This document shows, piece by piece, positions 52,694 through 62,544 of a DNA stretch of 64,000 nucleotides. Below the pieces are notes generated by a model. It had not been told where the DNA came from, made no database searches, and saw only the letters and a program-made list of their open reading frames with translations. Position 1 is the stretch's first letter, and every line of letters starts with the position of its first letter. The position numbers and the translations under genes are program-made. The stretch is from assembly GCA_963783375.1 (NCBI GenBank), contig CAWANH010000029.1, positions 128,001 through 192,000 on the forward strand, given 5' to 3'. This DNA comes from Candidatus Eiseniibacteriota bacterium. Its GTDB lineage: Bacteria > Eisenbacteria > RBG-16-71-46 > JABDJR01.

Positions 52694-54835
52694 ATGGTCT
52701 CCAGGAAACGCTCCCGCGCCCGCCACCCCCGAGGCTTCACCCTGCTCGAGCTGATGGTGGCCCTGGTGGTGTTCGCCATCATCGGGGTGGCCATCTACCA
52801 GATCCTGGTTCACACCACCCACAGCGAATCGGTGGGCTCCAGTGTGGCCGAGGCACAGCAGAACGCCCGCGCCGCCCTGGACGTCATCCTCCGGGACCTC
52901 CGGCAGGCCGGCTACGGCATCTCCAGCGACGACAACCCGCCCATCGAGACGGCCAGCCAGTACCGGGTGACCTTCGTGGTGGACCAGAACGCCGACGGCG
53001 TGGTGGACCCCGGGGAACGGGTCACCTACTTCGTGGACGCCGACCAGAGCGACGCCATGGTCGCCGAGACCGTGAACCCCGACGACTTCGTCATCCGGCG
53101 GATCATCTCCAGCGTGAGCGACTCCCTGGCCAACCCCGGAGCGGGGAAGGGCGACGTGGTGGCCTACGGGGTGACCCAGCGCACCGCCAACCACTCGGGT
53201 TGGAACGTTCCCCTGTTCGACTTCTTCGCCGGCGACGGCACCTCGCTCGTGGGGAGCGGCGACGACCCCTCCGGCGCGACCTACGGAAAAACCGTGGCCG
53301 ACTCCGCCCTGGGGAAGCCCGCCGGATCGGGACTCGAACCCGAGGTCCGGTCGGTCCAGGTGCGGGTGGTGACCGAAACCTCGCAGCGTGACCCCGAGAC
53401 CCACCAGTTCCAGCAGGTCCGGGTCAGCGGCACCATCTTCCCCCGGAACCTGGGGCTCGGCTTCGGAGGCGCGATCGCCAGCGCCGGCACCGGGACGGGC
53501 ACCGGGACCGGCACCGGGACCGGCACCGGTACCGGCACCGGGACCGGCACCGGGACCGGCACCGGGACCGCGACCACCACCACCCTGCCTCCCCAGGAAC
53601 CGCCCATCCGCATTCCCACCGAGAAGGTGCTGAGCCTGGTGGTGGCCGACTTCCACGAGGCCGATTCCCAGGAAGGGTCCGCGGTGACCACCGACCACCA
53701 GCACGACTGGGACCTCGCGGTGGGAACCTCGACCGGCGGCACCAACAACCTTCCGGTGTGGTTCGAAGGATACCCAGACAAGTACTCCGGGGACCGGCTC
53801 TACAACTCGACGCCCAACTACTGGGGAAACAGCTCCCGCGACATCAACAGCCTGGTCGCCGGGAACATCGACGGAAGCGTGGCCAAGTACACCGACCTGG
53901 TGGCCGGGGTCTCGGTGAGCGACGTGTCCGGCGGGTTCGAAACCTGGCTGAACCAGGCGACCGTCCACGAGGGCTGGATCGGGGCCGGAAACCCCACCAC
54001 CTCGGCCAACGGCTTCTACTCCAACGGAAGCGGCAAGGGGAACGCGATCGCTCTCGCCGACCTGGACCTGGACGGCGACTACGACGTGATCCTGGGCACC
54101 CGGACCGGGGCCCAGGCCGGAAAGGTCGAGATCTGGCTCAACAACGGCGCCGGCGGGTTCACCCCGTCCACGGTTCTGAATGCCTCCGGCGAAGTGCTCA
54201 CCGTGGTGACCGGCGACTTCGACTCCGACGGCTGGGCGGACATCGCCGCGGGGACCGTCACCTCCAGCAACAACAAGAACGGTGACGTTCAGGTCTGGCT
54301 CAACAACCATGCCGGAGCCTTCAACCCCCGGGGTCCCTGGACCTCCCGGGGCCGGGTGAACTCCCTGGCGGTGGGGAACATGAACGCGGACTTCTACCCC
54401 GACCTGGTGAGCGGGACCCAGACCAACAACCACAAGGGAGAGGTCGAGCTCTGGCTCAACAACGGGAGCGGGGTCATGTCCCTCTCGGACTATGCCGCGG
54501 CCGACGACGCGGTGCTCTCGGTGGCGGTGGGCCAGCTCGACTTCGGGAACAGCTCACCGGACATCGCCGCCGGAACCGCGGCCCGCTCGGTGCAGGCCTG
54601 GTTCTGCGATCCCTCGGCGTCCCAGCCGAGCGGCATCATTCCATCCAACGAGTCCTGGGCCGACGCCAACACCGGCGGGGTGGTGAACGCGGTGGCCATC
54701 CAGAAGGTCGAGGCTTCGCGAAACGACCCCTACAACGATCCCCTGAACGACATCATCTGCGGGACCGCGGTGAACTCCACCAGCGGCGAGATCGTGATCT
54801 ATCTGAACCCTTACGTCTGGACCCTCACTCCCTAG
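52694..54835 (+). CDS. pilW: PilW-like minor pilin fused to an FG-GAP beta-propeller
   Basis: RG|FTLLELMVAL, AQQNARAALD.I.RDLRQAGY, FPRN end of the pilin domain; (GT)14 linker; seven FG-GAP-like repeats. Confidence 0.85.
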   Translation: MVSRKRSRARHPRGFTLLELMVALVVFAIIGVAIYQILVHTTHSESVGSSVAEAQQNARAALDVILRDLRQAGYGISSDDNPPIETASQYRVTFVVDQNADGVVDPGERVTYFVDADQSDAMVAETVNPDDFVIRRIISSVSDSLANPGAGKGDVVAYGVTQRTANHSGWNVPLFDFFAGDGTSLVGSGDDPSGATYGKTVADSALGKPAGSGLEPEVRSVQVRVVTETSQRDPETHQFQQVRVSGTIFPRNLGLGFGGAIASAGTGTGTGTGTGTGTGTGTGTGTGTGTGTATTTTLPPQEPPIRIPTEKVLSLVVADFHEADSQEGSAVTTDHQHDWDLAVGTSTGGTNNLPVWFEGYPDKYSGDRLYNSTPNYWGNSSRDINSLVAGNIDGSVAKYTDLVAGVSVSDVSGGFETWLNQATVHEGWIGAGNPTTSANGFYSNGSGKGNAIALADLDLDGDYDVILGTRTGAQAGKVEIWLNNGAGGFTPSTVLNASGEVLTVVTGDFDSDGWADIAAGTVTSSNNKNGDVQVWLNNHAGAFNPRGPWTSRGRVNSLAVGNMNADFYPDLVSGTQTNNHKGEVELWLNNGSGVMSLSDYAAADDAVLSVAVGQLDFGNSSPDIAAGTAARSVQAWFCDPSASQPSGIIPSNESWADANTGGVVNAVAIQKVEASRNDPYNDPLNDIICGTAVNSTSGEIVIYLNPYVWTLTP
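53486..53569 (+). repeat. Seven tandem 12-bp units GGCACCGGGACC encoding (Gly-Thr)14
   Basis: Counted directly; two units carry a single substitution. Confidence 0.95.
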
Positions 54836-54846
54836 GAGCGTGAAGC

Positions 54847-56124
54847 ATGCGAGGGATCGAACCGCGAAACGACCAACGTGGAAGCGCCATGGTGATCAGC
54901 CTGTTGGTGCTCCTGGTGCTCACCATGGTGGGCACCTTGTTCCTGGCTCAAACCAAGACCGAGACCCAGATCTCCGGCCATGACATGCGCTCCACCCAGG
55001 CCCTCTACAACGCCGAAGCGGGCTACGGAGAGGCCCTGGCGCGCATGAGCAACATGACCGATTCCACCAACTACATCGGCCAGGCCCAGGGCGCCTGGTC
55101 CACCGAGCCCGGCTGGGGGGCCTACGTGGTGGCGGCCAACGGTGACGCCGCCCTGGACCCCGACTACGCGGCCACCGGGACCGACGGCCTGGACAACGAC
55201 GGGGACGGCCAGGTCGACGAGGCCGGCGAACGCTACCCCGAGGTCGCGTCCAAGCAGGCCGGGAACGATGCCATCGACTACGACTGGATCAAGATCCGCT
55301 ACAAGCTCAACGCGACCAACCAGGTGGTCCTGTTCGGCGACCACGACAGCGACGTGACCACCCCGCCCCGGCTGAACCTCGTCCGGGGGGTTCCGGTCCT
55401 CGTCGTGACTTCCCACGGAGCCCAGGGGTCGGCCAACCGCACGGTCGAAGTCGATGCGGTGAAATACCCGATCGAGGCGGTCGACGCGGCCATCTACACC
55501 GAGGACGACAACTTCAAGTTCAACGGGGTGTCATTCCTGGTGAGCGGGGAGGACTGGGACCCGGACACCGACAGCCGGATCGCCGGCAATCCCGACGTGC
55601 CGGGGATCATGACCACCAAGGATCCCAACAACATCGCCGGCGCGCTCAAGGGAAACCAGCAGAACAACGTCGAAGGTTCGGGGGCCGAGCCCTCGGTGAC
55701 TGCGTCCAGCGTCGACCTCGATCTCCAGGCCATGGCCGACCAGTTCGGAGCCATGGCCGACATCACCATCGGGAGCGGCACCTACTCCAACGTGAGCTAC
55801 GGCGACTACAACGACTACCACGTCGTCCACTGCACCGGGGACATCCACGTCGCCGGCCAGATGGTGGGCGGCGGCATCCTGGTCATCGACGGCGACTTGA
55901 CCTGCACCGGGCAGATGACCTGGTACGGCATGGTGATCGTCCTCGGAGACATCACCTTCTCCGGCGGCGGCGCCGGGACCCACATCTACGGCTCGGTCCT
56001 GGTCCAGGGCGGAATCACCGACCAGACCGTGGGCGGGAACGCCGACATCAAGTACTCGAGCGCGGCCCTGGCCAAGCTGGCCATGCTCTCCCCCTACGTG
56101 GTGGCGAGCTGGCACGAGCTGTAG
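54847..56124 (+). CDS. pilX: PilX-like minor pilin
   Basis: RG|SAMVISLLVL (no Glu5), QALYNAEAG, C-terminal W.EL; internal DGLDNDGDGQVDE motif. Confidence 0.85.
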   Translation: MRGIEPRNDQRGSAMVISLLVLLVLTMVGTLFLAQTKTETQISGHDMRSTQALYNAEAGYGEALARMSNMTDSTNYIGQAQGAWSTEPGWGAYVVAANGDAALDPDYAATGTDGLDNDGDGQVDEAGERYPEVASKQAGNDAIDYDWIKIRYKLNATNQVVLFGDHDSDVTTPPRLNLVRGVPVLVVTSHGAQGSANRTVEVDAVKYPIEAVDAAIYTEDDNFKFNGVSFLVSGEDWDPDTDSRIAGNPDVPGIMTTKDPNNIAGALKGNQQNNVEGSGAEPSVTASSVDLDLQAMADQFGAMADITIGSGTYSNVSYGDYNDYHVVHCTGDIHVAGQMVGGGILVIDGDLTCTGQMTWYGMVIVLGDITFSGGGAGTHIYGSVLVQGGITDQTVGGNADIKYSSAALAKLAMLSPYVVASWHEL

Positions 56125-56201
56125 ACCGCGGCCGCAGGTACGCAGCCCGGTCCTCGGACGCGCGGCCGCTCTTCCCTCGAGGCGGTTCAACGAGACAGGA
56201 G

Positions 56202-56231
56202 GGCCCTCCCCCCGGGGAGGGCCTTTCCGTT
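56202..56231 (+). terminator. Intrinsic terminator after the minor pilin operon
   Basis: Stem GGCCCTCCC/GGGAGGGCC followed by TTTCCGTT. Confidence 0.65.
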
Positions 56232-56247
56232 CCCGGGGGGGCCCGGG

Positions 56248-56275
56248 TCAAGCCCGGCCGCGGGGCTGCCGACAC
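56248..56275 (+). promoter_or_regulatory. sigma28-like promoter for the DUF2723 gene
   Basis: TCAAG-N15-GCCGACAC. Confidence 0.55.
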
Positions 56276-56295
56276 CAGACCGGGAGGTTCATGAC

Positions 56296-57927
56296 GTGTC
56301 CCGGTCCGTGAAGCGCGCGCTCCAGGTGCTGGTTCCCGCCGCGTTCGCCCTGGCCCTCTATCTTCCCACCTGGTCCCCGGTCATCACCTGGGCCCACGCG
56401 GGGGAGGACGGCCCGGAGCTGGAGGCGGTCGGGAGAACCCTTGGCGTGGCCCATCCCTCCGGGTACCCCCTCCTGACCCTCCTGGTCCGGGCGGTCTCGA
56501 TCCTGGTCCCTCCTCCGGTCTCCGCCCTCAACGTGGTCACCCTGCTGGCGGCGATCGGGGCGGTGGTGGCGGTGGCCGCGGCGGGACGGGCCCTGGCCGC
56601 CCGGCTCCGGCCCGGGGACGGAACCCTGGCCGAGGCGACCGGTCTCCTCGGCGCCGCGCTCTTCGCGGTGTCCCTCACCTGGTGGCGGCAGTCGGTGATC
56701 GGCGAGGTCTACCCGCTCCACCTCGCCCTTGTCGCCTCGGCCCTGGCCCTGGTCTGGGCGGGGGGGACCCGCCGAAGCCTCCTCGCCGCCTGGATCCTGG
56801 GCCTGGGGCTGGCCCACCATCTCCAGACGATCCCGTTCCTGCTGGTGATCGCCGCCTACCTGGTCCTCACCCGGCGATTCAAGCCGAACCTCAGGGTGCT
56901 CGCGTGCCTGACTGCACCCTTGAGCCTCTACCTGGTGCCGTTGATTCGCGCCCGGAGCCGCCCCGCCATGGATTGGGGGGATCCGGCGACCCTTCGCAAC
57001 CTGTGGTGGTCGATTTCGGGGACCCCGTACCGCGGGAACCTCTTCGCCGAGGGCACGGGACCGGCCCTGGCCCGGTGGGCCGACGCCGCGATCAAGGGGC
57101 CGGTGGAGCAGCTGGGCTGGGGGGGCGTGGTCCTGGCTCTGGCCGGTCTGGCCGTCCTGGTTCGGAAGGCTCCGCGGGAGGCAGCGGCCCTGACGCTTCT
57201 CTACGTCGGCACCACCTTCACCGCCGCCGCCTACGCCATTCCCGATTCCGCCGCCTATCATCTGCCCGCCGTCCTCGCCCTGGCCCTGGCCGCGGGGGCG
57301 GGAGGGGGTTGGATGCTCGCCGCGGGCCTCGGCGCCGCCCGTCGCGGGGGAAGGCTGGCCCTGGTCCCGGCGGGGGCGACCCTGGGCGCCCTGGCGGCCA
57401 TCGTGGCCGCCCAGGGGGTCCGGACCGCGCCCCTGGCCGACGCCCGCGCCGACCGGTCGGGATACGAATACGCGAGGCAGTCCGCCGCGATCCTCCCTCC
57501 CGACGCCCTGGTGCTCTCCCACGGCGACGGCCGTACCTTCTCGCTCTGGTACGCGGTCACCGTGCTGGATCCCCGCCCCGATGTGGTGGTCCTCTACGAC
57601 AACCTTCTCGACTGGCCGTGGTACCGGAAGTCCCTCCGGGACCGCTACCCGGACCTCCCCCTGCCTCCGGTCGGGCTCTCCCGCCCGATTCTCCGCGGCG
57701 CGATCTTCGAGCGCTTCCTGGACGAGCGCCCGGTATTCACCACCGAGCTCGAGCCCGAGCTCCAGGATCTCTTCACGGCGGCGCCGGCGGGGCCCTTGTT
57801 CCGGGTCCGGCGGCTTTCCCGGGAGCGCGCCGGGCCGGCTATTGCAGGAGCCAGTAGTGGAACGAGGCGTAGGAGGATTCCGGGTCCCCCAGGGACCTCA
57901 TCTCGAACGAAGCCGAGTTCCCGGTGA
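56296..57927 (+). CDS. DUF2723 (TMEM260-like) GT-C membrane glycosyltransferase
   Basis: EDGPEL....TLGVAHPSGYPL, SLTWWRQSVIGEVY.L, DWGDP; many TMs. Confidence 0.82.
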   Translation: MSRSVKRALQVLVPAAFALALYLPTWSPVITWAHAGEDGPELEAVGRTLGVAHPSGYPLLTLLVRAVSILVPPPVSALNVVTLLAAIGAVVAVAAAGRALAARLRPGDGTLAEATGLLGAALFAVSLTWWRQSVIGEVYPLHLALVASALALVWAGGTRRSLLAAWILGLGLAHHLQTIPFLLVIAAYLVLTRRFKPNLRVLACLTAPLSLYLVPLIRARSRPAMDWGDPATLRNLWWSISGTPYRGNLFAEGTGPALARWADAAIKGPVEQLGWGGVVLALAGLAVLVRKAPREAAALTLLYVGTTFTAAAYAIPDSAAYHLPAVLALALAAGAGGGWMLAAGLGAARRGGRLALVPAGATLGALAAIVAAQGVRTAPLADARADRSGYEYARQSAAILPPDALVLSHGDGRTFSLWYAVTVLDPRPDVVVLYDNLLDWPWYRKSLRDRYPDLPLPPVGLSRPILRGAIFERFLDERPVFTTELEPELQDLFTAAPAGPLFRVRRLSRERAGPAIAGASSGTRRRRIPGPPGTSSRTKPSSR

Positions 57928-59917
57928 ACACCGAGTCGGGGAGCTGGAACATGGCCTCGGTCCACACCTGCGGGGCGCGGGGGATCGTCCAGACGCCCTG
58001 ATCCATCCCGTTCACCCGAACGCCGATCCGGAAGTCGCGGAAGGACTCCGTGCGCAGGATCAACACCCCCGGCCGGTGGGGAACCGCGCGCAGGATGAAC
58101 CGCTCCCCGCGCTCGGGTTGACGGCCGCCGTCGATCACCGTGACCCGCTCGTCGCCGGCGAGGGGAAACTCGCGCAGGGTGTCCCGCCAGGTGTCGAAGG
58201 CCCGGTAGTCGTGGGCCTCTTCGCTCTCCAGGTCCGCCGGATCGACGTCGTCGGATACCCGGAACCCCCACGTGCTCACCAGCTCGCTCTGCTCCAGGAG
58301 CTGGTCGCTCCGATCGGCGGCGCTCCACTCCGCCCGGTATAGCCCCATGGTCTCCGCCCCGCTGATGGTGTTGTTGAGGAGGGTGAAGTGCGTGAGGCGC
58401 GTTCCCAGGAGGCTGGTGTGGCGGATATAGGGGAACCAGGTGGGGAAGACCGCGAAGTAGTCGGGGCGCGCCGCTTCGGGGAGGTCGCTCAACCACTCGA
58501 AGAGCGAGGCCTGTCCGGCGCGGCCGGCCAGCGCCGAGCCGTTGGTGACCAGGCCCACCAGGTCCACCACCCGCCGCTTCCCGTAGTAGGCGATGGCCCC
58601 CGCGTCGTTGATCCCCACCACCGCGTCGGCGGGAAGGTTGGCGTCGATCCACCGTCCCATCGCCACCTGCTGATCGTGGATGTTCCCCGCGTTCAGGGCG
58701 GTGAGCTGGACGTAACGGTGGAGGCCGGGAAGGAGCAGGAGCGCGATCAGCGCCGGGGGAAGGATCCTGAGCCCGGTCGGGATCCGGCGGGGAACGAGGC
58801 GCCACCACCCCGCGGTCACCAGCAGGAGAAAGAGCGGCAGGTAGGGAATCTGGTAGCGGTGGTGATGGGAGTTGAAGCCGGCGGGGATGAGCCCGGCGAG
58901 GAGGCCGGCCATGAGCACCAGCACCAGGACCCGTCCGGCGAGGCCTCGGCGCCGGGCGAAGAGCCCGAAGATCACCCCGGCCGCGGCCCCCGCGATCAGG
59001 AGCCCCTTGAGCACCCAGGCCGTCCCGAATCGGAAGGCGCCGGAGCCGAAATCGGTGAAGAGCGGCATCACGATCTGCCCGAACACCCAGGGGAGGCGCC
59101 GGAAGATGGCGAGGCGCACGTCGGGCCGCTGCTCGCTCCACACCGCCTTCGCGGCCAGGGTATTGGAGCCCGCATGCCCGAGGGCGGCCAGGTCCACCCC
59201 GAAGGTGATGGCCGCGGCCAGGGTGGGGGCGAGGATCAGCGCCCACCGGGCGCGGGCGGAGTTCGGGGCGCTTCGGGCCAGGGCCACCGCCACCGCGATC
59301 ACCCCGGCGATGAGCATGCCCTCGGGGCGGGCGAGGCCGGTGAAGAGGAGCCAGGCGAAGAGCGCGGCCAGGCGGCGCCCACCGCTGCGGGGGTCCGGGG
59401 CGTCCTGGTACCAGGGAACCGCGGCCACCGCCCCGGCCAGGGCCAGGCCGTAGAGCGCGATGTCCATGCCGCTCACCGCACCCCACAGGACGTGGCCGGA
59501 AACGAGGGTCAGGAGTCCGGCGGCGAGGCCCGCGCCCCGTCCCAGCCGGAGGTCCGCCCAGCGGTCGACGGCGAGGGCGGTCAGGGCCCAGCAGAGGACC
59601 CCCAGGCCCCAGGCCGCCCAGACCAGGGCCTCCCGGTCCAGGATCCGGGCCCAGGGGGCCAGGAGGAAGGGATAGAGCAGGCTGGTGGCCCCCCGGGTGG
59701 GGGGGGCTCCCGGCTGGTACTCGAAGGGGTGCCCCGCCGCCGCCGCGCGGGCGTACTGGAGGTAGATGTAGGTGTCGTCCAGGGGGGGGACCAGCTCCCC
59801 GCCGCAGGCCCCACGGGTCTCCCGGACGGCCAGGAGCCCCAGAATCAGGGCCAGGGCGAGATAGCCCAGGGCATGCAGGGTGCAGGTCCGACGCGCGCTT
59901 TTTCCTAAAGCTTCCAT
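57839..59917 (-). CDS. GT-C type polytopic membrane glycosyltransferase
   Basis: PLDDTYIY.QYAR...G, GATSLLY, SGMD, LARPEG, DAGAIAYY..R.VVDLVGL motifs. Confidence 0.78.
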   Translation of the reverse strand: MEALGKSARRTCTLHALGYLALALILGLLAVRETRGACGGELVPPLDDTYIYLQYARAAAAGHPFEYQPGAPPTRGATSLLYPFLLAPWARILDREALVWAAWGLGVLCWALTALAVDRWADLRLGRGAGLAAGLLTLVSGHVLWGAVSGMDIALYGLALAGAVAAVPWYQDAPDPRSGGRRLAALFAWLLFTGLARPEGMLIAGVIAVAVALARSAPNSARARWALILAPTLAAAITFGVDLAALGHAGSNTLAAKAVWSEQRPDVRLAIFRRLPWVFGQIVMPLFTDFGSGAFRFGTAWVLKGLLIAGAAAGVIFGLFARRRGLAGRVLVLVLMAGLLAGLIPAGFNSHHHRYQIPYLPLFLLLVTAGWWRLVPRRIPTGLRILPPALIALLLLPGLHRYVQLTALNAGNIHDQQVAMGRWIDANLPADAVVGINDAGAIAYYGKRRVVDLVGLVTNGSALAGRAGQASLFEWLSDLPEAARPDYFAVFPTWFPYIRHTSLLGTRLTHFTLLNNTISGAETMGLYRAEWSAADRSDQLLEQSELVSTWGFRVSDDVDPADLESEEAHDYRAFDTWRDTLREFPLAGDERVTVIDGGRQPERGERFILRAVPHRPGVLILRTESFRDFRIGVRVNGMDQGVWTIPRAPQVWTEAMFQLPDSVFTGNSASFEMRSLGDPESSYASFHYWLLQ

Positions 59918-60093
59918 ACCTCAATCCGATTGTTCAGAGCAGAACCCTGGAGAGGGGACTCGGAACCGCGGGGCGTTCTTCCCGGCTGCCATGCAGGTTG
60001 CACGGGACGTCGGCGCCCGGCCCGATCCGATGAGATCACCACCGGCCGGCTCGTGGCCGGAGGCGGTAAGGATCAGGGGCCACGGGGAACCGG

Positions 60094-60121
60094 TCAAGGA
60101 TCCAGGCCGGATCGACGATAA
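60094..60121 (+). promoter_or_regulatory. sigma28-like promoter for pilMNOPQ
   Basis: TCAAG-N15-GACGATAA. Confidence 0.6.
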
Positions 60122-60234
60122 GACGACGGGTGACCGACCGCGGGCGGGACCTCCGACCAGGCGGCATCCGGGTGGGCCGGGGGCGCGACCGGCGCGCACG
60201 GCATCTCGGGACCACAAGAGGGCTGGTGACCAAC

Positions 60235-61282
60235 ATGCTTTTCAATCGGCAGAAACCCATGGTCGGTCTGGACATCGGATCCAGCTCGGTCAAGTTCGTC
60301 CAGGTGGAGCAAGTCGGGAGCGAGGTCCGGCTCAAGGACTTCGGCATCGCCGAACTCCTCCCTGAAGCCATCGTGGACGGCGAGATCATGGACCGTCAGC
60401 TGGTGGTCGAGACCATCCAGAACCTGTTCGAGTCCAAACGCATCAAGATTCGAAACGTGGCCTCCGCGGTATCGGGACGCGCGGTCATCGTGAAGAAGAT
60501 CCAGATGGACCGGATGACCCCCGAGGATGCCCGCGAAGCCATCAACTGGGAGGCGGAGCAGCACGTCCCCTACGACATCAACGAAGTGTGCCTGGACTTC
60601 CAGATCCTCGACGGGAGCTCGGACCCGAAGCACATGGAAGTGCTCCTGGTGGCGGCCAAGCGCGAGATGCTGGTCTCCTACGCCGACCTCGTCCGCGAGG
60701 CGGGGCTCTCGCCCCTGGTCCTGGACGTGGACGCGTTCGCGGTCCAGAACGTGTTGAGCCTGAACTACGACTTCGCTCCGGAGGAAGTCGTGGCCATGGT
60801 CGACATCGGTTCCGAGATCTCCAACATCAACATCGTGAAGAACGGAATTCCGCTCTACACCCAGGACCTGAGCGTCGGTGGCACCAACTTCGTGGACGCG
60901 GTCCAGAAGACCTTCAACCTCAGCCAGGCCGAAGCAGAGGCCGCGGTGCGAGGGCGAGGAGCAGGTCGAGTTCGACCTGGATCAGGCCGTTCGCGCCACC
61001 GCGGAGGAGCTGGCCATGGGGATCGAGCGGTCGATCCTCTACCTCCAGACCTCGGGTGAGACCGAGCCGCTGAGTCGGATTCTCATCACCGGCGGCGGGG
61101 TTCGGATCCCGGGGCTCCTGCAGTTCCTCTCCGAGCGTCATCAGGCCCCGGTGGAGATCGCCGATCCGCTTCGAAGAATCCAGTTCGACCCGTCCCTGTT
61201 CGGAGACAAGAGGCCCGAGGAAGTGGCCCCGAGCCTGTCGGTAGGCTTGGGACTCGCCCTGAGAAAGGTCGATGACCGATGA
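60235..61282 (+). CDS. pilM: Type IV pilus assembly protein PilM; frameshift near 60952
   Basis: VGLDIGSSSVK, LLVAAK, LDVDAFA, VDIG; C-terminal ILITGGG...GLGLALR in the +1 frame. Confidence 0.92.
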
Positions 61283-61893
61283 TCCGGATTAATCTGCTTC
61301 CCAAGGAAGAACGCGTCAGCACGCGCACGTTCGCCTTCCCCAAGGCGGCGTCCTTGGCTCCGCTGGCTGCGCTGGTGGCGGTGGCGGCCATCGTCGGGGT
61401 CACCGCGGCTCTGGAGCATGCCAAGGTCGCGGCACTCCGGAGCGACGTCGGCGATCTGCGCGAGGAAGTGCGTGCCATCCAGCCCCAGGTGGACCGAGTC
61501 AAGAAGCTCACCGCCCAGCGCGAGGAGCTGGAACGCCGGCTCGACGTCATTCGCCAGCTCGACGAGGGCAGGTTCCTCTCGGTACGGGTGATGGACGACA
61601 TGAGTCGCGAGGTCCCCAAGTACATGTGGTTGACCAACGTCAACCAGCAGGGAACGGGCCGGGTGACGGTGAACGGGATCACCTTCTCCAACCTGATCGT
61701 CGCCGACTACATGAAGCGCCTCGAGCGCTCATCCATGTTCACCGGGGTGGATCTGGCCACCGCCGAACGGGGCGAGATCGATGGACGGACGGTGGTGAAG
61801 TTCGCGGTCTCGGCGACTCTCACCCCTGACGAGCTCCCCGATGACTTCAGCGCGGAGGCGATCGCGCCGGTCGCCCGAGAGGAGGAGAACTAG
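61279..61893 (+). CDS. pilN: Type IV pilus assembly protein PilN
   Basis: MIRINLLP motif, TM, coiled coil, P..MWLT. Confidence 0.93.
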   Translation: MIRINLLPKEERVSTRTFAFPKAASLAPLAALVAVAAIVGVTAALEHAKVAALRSDVGDLREEVRAIQPQVDRVKKLTAQREELERRLDVIRQLDEGRFLSVRVMDDMSREVPKYMWLTNVNQQGTGRVTVNGITFSNLIVADYMKRLERSSMFTGVDLATAERGEIDGRTVVKFAVSATLTPDELPDDFSAEAIAPVAREEEN

Positions 61894-61896
61894 GCC

Positions 61897-62544
61897 ATGG
61901 ACTTCCGGGACAAGAAAACCCAGCGAATCCTCCTCTTCGGTATCGGAGCGGCGGCGATCCTGTACCTCTACTTCTTCAGCACGTTCCTCCCGTTCGGTCA
62001 CCGGGCGGTGGCGGCGGAGCGATCGGAGCTGGAAGCGGACTACCGCCAGCTCTCCTCCGACCTCAGCAAGGCCCGCCAGACCCTGAACAACCTGGCCGAG
62101 GTCGAGCGGCAGTACCAGATCCTGAACAAGCGGTGGGACGTGGCGTCCCAACTCCTCCCCGAGGACAAGGAAGTGGCCGAGCTCCTGCGCAAAGTCACCC
62201 TGGTCGGCCAGCAGGCGGGGGTCGAGTTCCTTCTCTTCAAGCCCAAGCCCCAGGTCTCCGGCGACATCTACAACGAGAACCCGGTGGACGTGAAGGTGGC
62301 GGGGGGCTACCACCAGGTCGGCGCGTTCCTGGCCGAGGTCGCCAACCTGGAGCGGATCGTGAACGTGTCCAATCTGTCCCTGGTCACCAACCCGGACGAC
62401 AAGGCGCCGAACGATCAGACGGTGGAGGCGCATTTCATGGCCACCGCCTACACCTTGAACCCCAACCCTCCCGCCCCGGCCTCCGAGGCTTCGGACAAGA
62501 GCGCGGAGACGGCGGGGAAAGGAGAGAAGAAGCATGTGGGCTAG
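61897..62544 (+). CDS. pilO: Type IV pilus assembly protein PilO
   Basis: LLPEDKEVAELL, GGYHQVGAFL.EVANL.RIVNV. Confidence 0.93.
   Translation: MDFRDKKTQRILLFGIGAAAILYLYFFSTFLPFGHRAVAAERSELEADYRQLSSDLSKARQTLNNLAEVERQYQILNKRWDVASQLLPEDKEVAELLRKVTLVGQQAGVEFLLFKPKPQVSGDIYNENPVDVKVAGGYHQVGAFLAEVANLERIVNVSNLSLVTNPDDKAPNDQTVEAHFMATAYTLNPNPPAPASEASDKSAETAGKGEKKHVG

Noticed and set aside
53486-53569. Tandem repeat as a CRISPR array
   Set aside because: No spacers, 12-bp unit, in-frame coding linker, no cas genes
60235-61282. pilM (and DinG, Omp85) as true pseudogenes or programmed frameshifts
   Set aside because: Single indel at a homopolymer with otherwise intact motifs and no typical slippery heptamer; sequencing error is more likely
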